Source: Yuukianura sp. NJ FZ-2021
Lineage: Eukaryota
NCBI GenBank assembly: GCA_046563655.1
Contig: CM102289.1
Coordinates: 4,588,001 to 4,652,000 of the forward strand
Length of the DNA: 64,000 nucleotides
Reading direction: 5' to 3'
Shown here: piece after piece, positions 58,816-64,000 of the stretch
Position numbering within the stretch: position 1 is the stretch's first letter
Layout of the letters: every line of letters starts with the position of its first letter
Notes under the pieces: generated by a model
What the model saw: only the letters and a program-made list of their open reading frames with translations
Database searches by the model: none
What the model was told of the DNA's origin: nothing
Made by a program: the position numbers and the translations under genes

Positions 58816-61800
58816 TTACCTGAGTTGTGCAATAGTTTTCAAATTTAGTTCATGAAGTTCTTTTTGCAGCTTGTGTGGTAAACCTGGAACGTAGATTGTT
58901 GCCTTCCTTCTGCAACAAATTAATCAAAAACGTATCATGCAAAATACAAGTTCCAAATGACGGAAAGTCCATTACAAGTCGGCCAATTTATGTTTGTTTA
59001 CCGTTGTTGTACAATTTGTTCATTTTCACGTTCCGGAGGCATCAGCATGAGATTTCTACGCAAAAATCCTTTGCCACAGATTGGAACACTTTCGTCCAGA
59101 AACGACTCCAGCATCACAATTTGCTCCAGTTGGGTACACAACTTCCAGATTTCTGCTCTCTCCCAAAAATCCTAACAATCAAAATTCCATTTGATTCAAC
59201 TCATACTGTAACAAAAAATGTTGCGCAAAATGTGTTGCATTTTCAAATTCCTTAAATACCCGTATTTCTTCAGATGCCAGGCCAATGAGAAAATTTACCA
59301 GAAGAACCACAATGATGACAATGAAAATTGCCAGTGCCAACATCATAAATCCCGAAAAGATATTATTTTTTCCGTCTCCATAAAAGAGGCCGTTGTAGTC
59401 CAGTTCACCAATCATAAACGTTATGATTTTCACAAAAGACTGCGCCGCGGAGGAAAACGAAGGTTCCTATTTTGAACAATCGTTCAGAGCAAAAAATGAT
59501 ATACTTGACTGCTTTTGAAATTAGCTTTCGAATTAGAATTTAGAATTAGAAAAATCATTAGGAACAATGCAGCTCGGATCAATGGCATGCAACTGTGATT
59601 TTCTTACCTCAGGCATCAGAACGACGAAGACGGTTGCAAATCCAAACAGAATTGGAGCGGTTACAGCAATTGCGATCAGCAGAGTTTGCGTAGACTAAGG
59701 AATTAATAGGAAATTGTCGATTACATTTACACATGTCGGATATTTTCTGTGCAACATACCCTTTTAAGTAAATTGATGTAAACCCTAAACCGTGGCACTT
59801 TCCCAAGCTCCATATAAATTGCTAACCATATGAGTAGACCCAGGACCTATAAAGCGTTGCAACATAAAACTAAGTGAGTGAATTTAGATCAAAATTGTTT
59901 TTAAAAAATCAATATGAAAATGTTTACGATATTAATGTACTATTAAATATAAAGAATAACTACCAATCAGACTTACGCCAGCTACAATGTATTGAAATGT
60001 TTCTTCCAGGAGAAGAATACCCAGAGTAGGAAGCGTGCTCAGCAGGATTACAAGACCCAAAAATATTGGCCAGCATGGTAAAATTCTGAATATCATTCCA
60101 ACGTAGTATGCCGTCGTTTTAAAAATTCGCTCTATCCAGAACGTCTCTGCTTTAAATGGTTTCATTGGCCGAAAAATCCACTGCAGCCGTTGTTTAGTGA
60201 TGTGGAATTGGCTGATCAGGAAAATGCAAAGCACAAGTATGTTGACGACTCCGCTCCAAAATATTCCTCCTGTAACTTCACATTCCGCTAGACCTAATAA
60301 AATTAACATGTTATTAACTATTATATATTAACAATTAACTATTATATATTAATTAGTTATTAACTTGTTTCAAAACAATTACTTTTGCGTTGAACAATGT
60401 CAGTTGGAGGCGGGGCAGTTGTGGGTTCCTCTGTATTTTCCGATTCAAGTGGACGAAGACTGAGCCAAGAGAATTGTTTAGCGTCTTTGTACGGACAAGT
60501 AACGCGGTACATGTTGACCAGCAAGTGGAAATTGAACAGGTACCACAGAACCTAAAACAAAAACTTTTAGGATTCCTTGTATACTTCAAAGACAACACCT
60601 TACGTGCAATACGCGAAATAAAATAAAGAATAGGCGAATGTTTTTCCATTTCTCGTGAATGTAAATTTTGATGAATGTATTGTGCAAAATCTCCTTCCGA
60701 TCATCAAATTTGGCGTAACAAACTTTGGCTAATTCTTCCGTTTCTTTGTACACATTGGATTTGGTGGTGCTATAGCCAAGAATTGGACTGGAAACAAAAA
60801 ATATATTGGAATAGAATATAGAAACAATGCAAGTTTATGTTCTTATAAGTTACCCAAAGTCCAATTCTGCGTAAGTATTCACCGAATTGACGTGTTCGAT
60901 GAACCCAGAATTTTTGACAGCTTCGTCCAATAACACATTGACTGCCTGTGGAATCTTCTCATAAACTTTCTCCAGAGGTGTCTTTCCGCGCTTAGATCTT
61001 AAAATTTTTTAAATTTTTTTAACAGTTCTGTTGCAACAAAATTAACAATTTTATGTAGTACCTAATGTCAAAAGCTGATCCAGCAAGTAGTAAAATTTTG
61101 GTTGCTCCTATATTTCTGTTTGCTGCTGCCAAGTACAGTGGCGTACAACCATCTTGATCTTGGGAATTCAGCAGCTGCTTTTTCTCTTGCTCATTTGCAA
61201 TGTTTTTTAAAATTGTTTGAACACACGCCTCAGCTTTGTACTGATTTCCAAGATTCGCTGCCGAGTGAAGCACAGTAAATCCAGTGATTCCTTCTGAAAT
61301 TGAGTAATACTCCGGAAGCATCTCCAGAACTGCTGCATATCCACGACGAGCTGCAATATGAATTGGACAACTTCCGTTCTTGTCAAATTGATTCAACAGA
61401 ATTGATTTAGCTTCTGCCCAATCTTCTCGGAAATTATTTTCCACCAACTTTTTCGTGCACTCCACTGCTTTGTCTTCAAAGGCTATGAAATGAAAAGTTA
61501 CAGGAAAAAATCACTTAATTGCTAGCATGAATTTTCTTCTTGAACTTCTAGATTTGAAATAAATAGATAGAAAAGCTTACTATGTCCAGCACTTCTATGA
61601 AAGATGTTACGTCCGACGTGGTCCACCTTCATGACATCCGCTCCACTTCTAATCAACATTTCCATCACCTCTGAGTGACCTGACATGCTGGCAACATGTA
61701 GCGCCGTCCAGTTGGAGCGGTCACGTTCAATGTTTAAGTATTTTTCCAAAAGCTTAGGATCATTCTCGTAATACTTGAGATCAAGCAGCACTTCAGTACA

Positions 61801-62411
61801 GCGTTCCGAATTAACTGAATCGTCTTGATGAAGACATTTTGAACAAATAAAAAATTGAAGAAGTATTTTCGAACAACATGGGTATTTGTTAATTAAATTG
61901 AAACCGCTTCAAATACTTACCTAGAAAAGCAACTGTATGAAAAACCGTCTCATTTCTAAAATTTACTCCAAGTTTACACCCAAAGTTCAGCAGAATCCTA
62001 ATCAGTTCTGCATTGCCCTTTCCTGCAGCCCAAAAAATTGGACCTTGCTGAATTGCATCTTCAAAATTTAGAACTCGACTAAGCAATCCAGGCTTTCCAG
62101 TAAGCTGGACATGTCGAATAATTTCTTGGCAACAGGCAATAGCAATTTTGAAATCGTCTGAAAGTCAAAGTAAATAACTTTTTATTAAAATAGTATATTT
62201 GTATATTACGTTGGCTATTTGCGGAATCTTAGTTACCATGATTCGCAGCACAATGCAGGGCTGTCCCACTTCCATATCCAACTTCAGTTACATCCGCACC
62301 TTTTTCCAGCAGCAAGGTCAAGGTCTCGAGGTCACCACTGCGAGCAGCCTTAAGTAGCGGCCCTTCGTTCTGAACAGAAATTATTTTGTCTTCCATTTGA
62401 ACATTTACCAT
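58816..62411 (-). CDS. TRPA-family ankyrin-repeat cation channel (divergent; both ends approximate)
   Basis: Multiple ankyrin repeats (GTALHCAA, WTALHVASMSGH, CPIHIAARRG, CTPLYLAA); pre-S1 EILHNTFIKIYIHEKW; TM exons; pore FVKIITFMIGELDY; S6 VLLVNFLIGLASEEIR. Confidence 0.85.
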
Positions 62412-63675
62412 TTCATAACTTGCATTTTTCTTGATAGATTCACTCTGTACAAATAAAAAAGTAGCTTTAACAACATGTAGGTTTAAGAAAAAACACTTTT
62501 TGTAAACATAGACACTTTAAAAAGACAAAGTCCTTACTTGGTTTGGTTCCATGTGATTTGGTCAGAAAGTGAAAAGATCAAAAGTGAAATGATCAGAAAA
62601 AAAAGGTCAGAAAAGGAAGGAACGTAACCAAACCTAACCTTAGATCTTTTGAATTCTGACCTTTTCACTTCTGATCATTTCACTTCTGACCAAATATTTC
62701 TGACCATTTCACCTGCTACGCTTGGTTTAATGGCATCTTCAGTAAGCATTGACTTTTGGCGAGTTTTTCAATTTGTTCAAACAAAACACTTTCAACAGAT
62801 CAGTATGAAAATTAACACAAATTTGAAATTATTCTGTGATTTTGTAATAAAAACGTTTTCAAAGCTTTTCTCCCACTTTCACCAACACAGCACTTCTTTT
62901 TCCGAGGAATACTTTAACAGTTCATGTTACACTGAATTTAAAAACTATGAGTTACGCTTGAAATTTTAGAACTTTGGAATTTTGGAAGTAAAGAATTTTG
63001 ATCCAAAAGTAAAACCAAAATGGAGAAAAGGTGTAATCATAAGGAGGGGTTTTTTGGGGTGGGGGATTTTTGCAAAAACCACGGAAGGCGCGCAGATGCA
63101 ACTTCTGCACACCATAGATACTGAGAGCTACAAAAAGAAACAGAAGAAGTTCCACCGAAAACCACCATATTTATTTACAATTTCCACACCTTTAGGCCCA
63201 GACGAACAGAAATTAACTTCCAGAGAAGTTTTTTTGAGGTTAAAACCAGACAGGGAAAATTGGCTGAAAAGGAATAAAAACTGTTTTTTCAGTCGTGAAT
63301 TCAGTCCACCGGAACGGAAGTCACTTTTTTTCTTTCCTAACACCAATTGTTTATAATTCTCGCAAGTCACAGTGTGTTCACAAGAAGCAAAAAGGAAGTG
63401 AACTGGTTGAGTGTTAATGGAAAACTAAGAAAATAAAAACGAAACTTATATTGCGGGAGTCAAAATTTGATTAAAGGAATCCTGTTGCCTCAAGTGCTAA
63501 GTTCTGGAAAAAGAGAACGGGAACTTGACCTTAAGGGGTCAATCAAGGGTAAGTGAACAATTTTTGGAACTTTAGTAAATTAAATTTCCTTTGATTGAAG
63601 AAGTATATGTCTTGGGATGGAACTTCTACTCAAAATTGCAGCTTTTCATTAAAGAGAAAGCTTTTAGGGTGGTTT

Positions 63676-63918
63676 CTATTGATTAGGGAGGATGCTTTTA
63701 CCACTAATAAATGCTTTCTCCCCATTTTCTGAAAGAAGCAAAGATCTCGATTCATTTAGAAGCAAAGGAGCTTCACATGCCATCAACTTTTTCTTGATTC
63801 TCCAATTTTCTATAGCATCTTCTTCCCCTAAAATACCAGATCCTTTTCCCCGAAATGAACGAAGAAGCTCATCCTTCTTGAAGAAAATTGCGCACACTCC
63901 CACTTCATTAAAGTCCAC
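63676..63918 (-). CDS. Possible terminal exon of a gene starting beyond the window
   Basis: 80-codon open frame in AT-rich DNA; no recognisable motif. Confidence 0.2.
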   Translation of the reverse strand: MDFNEVGVCAIFFKKDELLRSFRGKGSGILGEEDAIENWRIKKKLMACEAPLLLNESRSLLLSENGEKAFISGKSILPNQ

Positions 63919-64000
63919 TTTGCAGTTTTTTTTTCAAGTGATCATCAGAATTTAAATTAAAAAATAAGTTATTATTCAAAAATTTTATCTTACGAAAGTT

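Noticed and set aside
62982..63356. 124-aa plus-strand ORF
   Set aside because: Low-complexity Lys/Phe-rich translation with no motif or clear splice context; probably non-coding.

Overview
Eukaryotic, AT-rich, gene-dense window with short spliceosomal introns. The pyrokinin-type receptor and icarapin-like gene suggest an arthropod (inference; species not identifiable). I reconstructed 13 intron-containing genes by hand: COG8 (3' end unclear), SCOC/UNC-69, KAT7-type MYST acetyltransferase, a short atypical ribophorin II, an N-terminally truncated CCDC93, TBC1D23, an icarapin-like secreted protein, a divergent ILVBL/HACL2-like ThDP enzyme, a pyrokinin/PBAN-type GPCR, PYROXD1, a ZDHHC3/7-like palmitoyltransferase, an M1 aminopeptidase N and a TRPA-like channel. 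Most long introns and intergenic gaps contain non-autonomous inverted-repeat elements (MITE, foldback, hAT-like, DINE-1-like). The most striking structure is a ~510-bp inverted duplication of the TBC1D23 promoter, 5'UTR exons and start exon, which now sits head-to-head in front of the decapitated but intact 3' half of CCDC93 (apparent promoter capture). Also notable are a TIR element family found only next to 5' ends of housekeeping genes and a Swp1-sized RPN2 with a Pro/Ala/Lys/Thr repeat linker. Gene names come from recalled family motifs, not database searches, and exon boundaries are manual.
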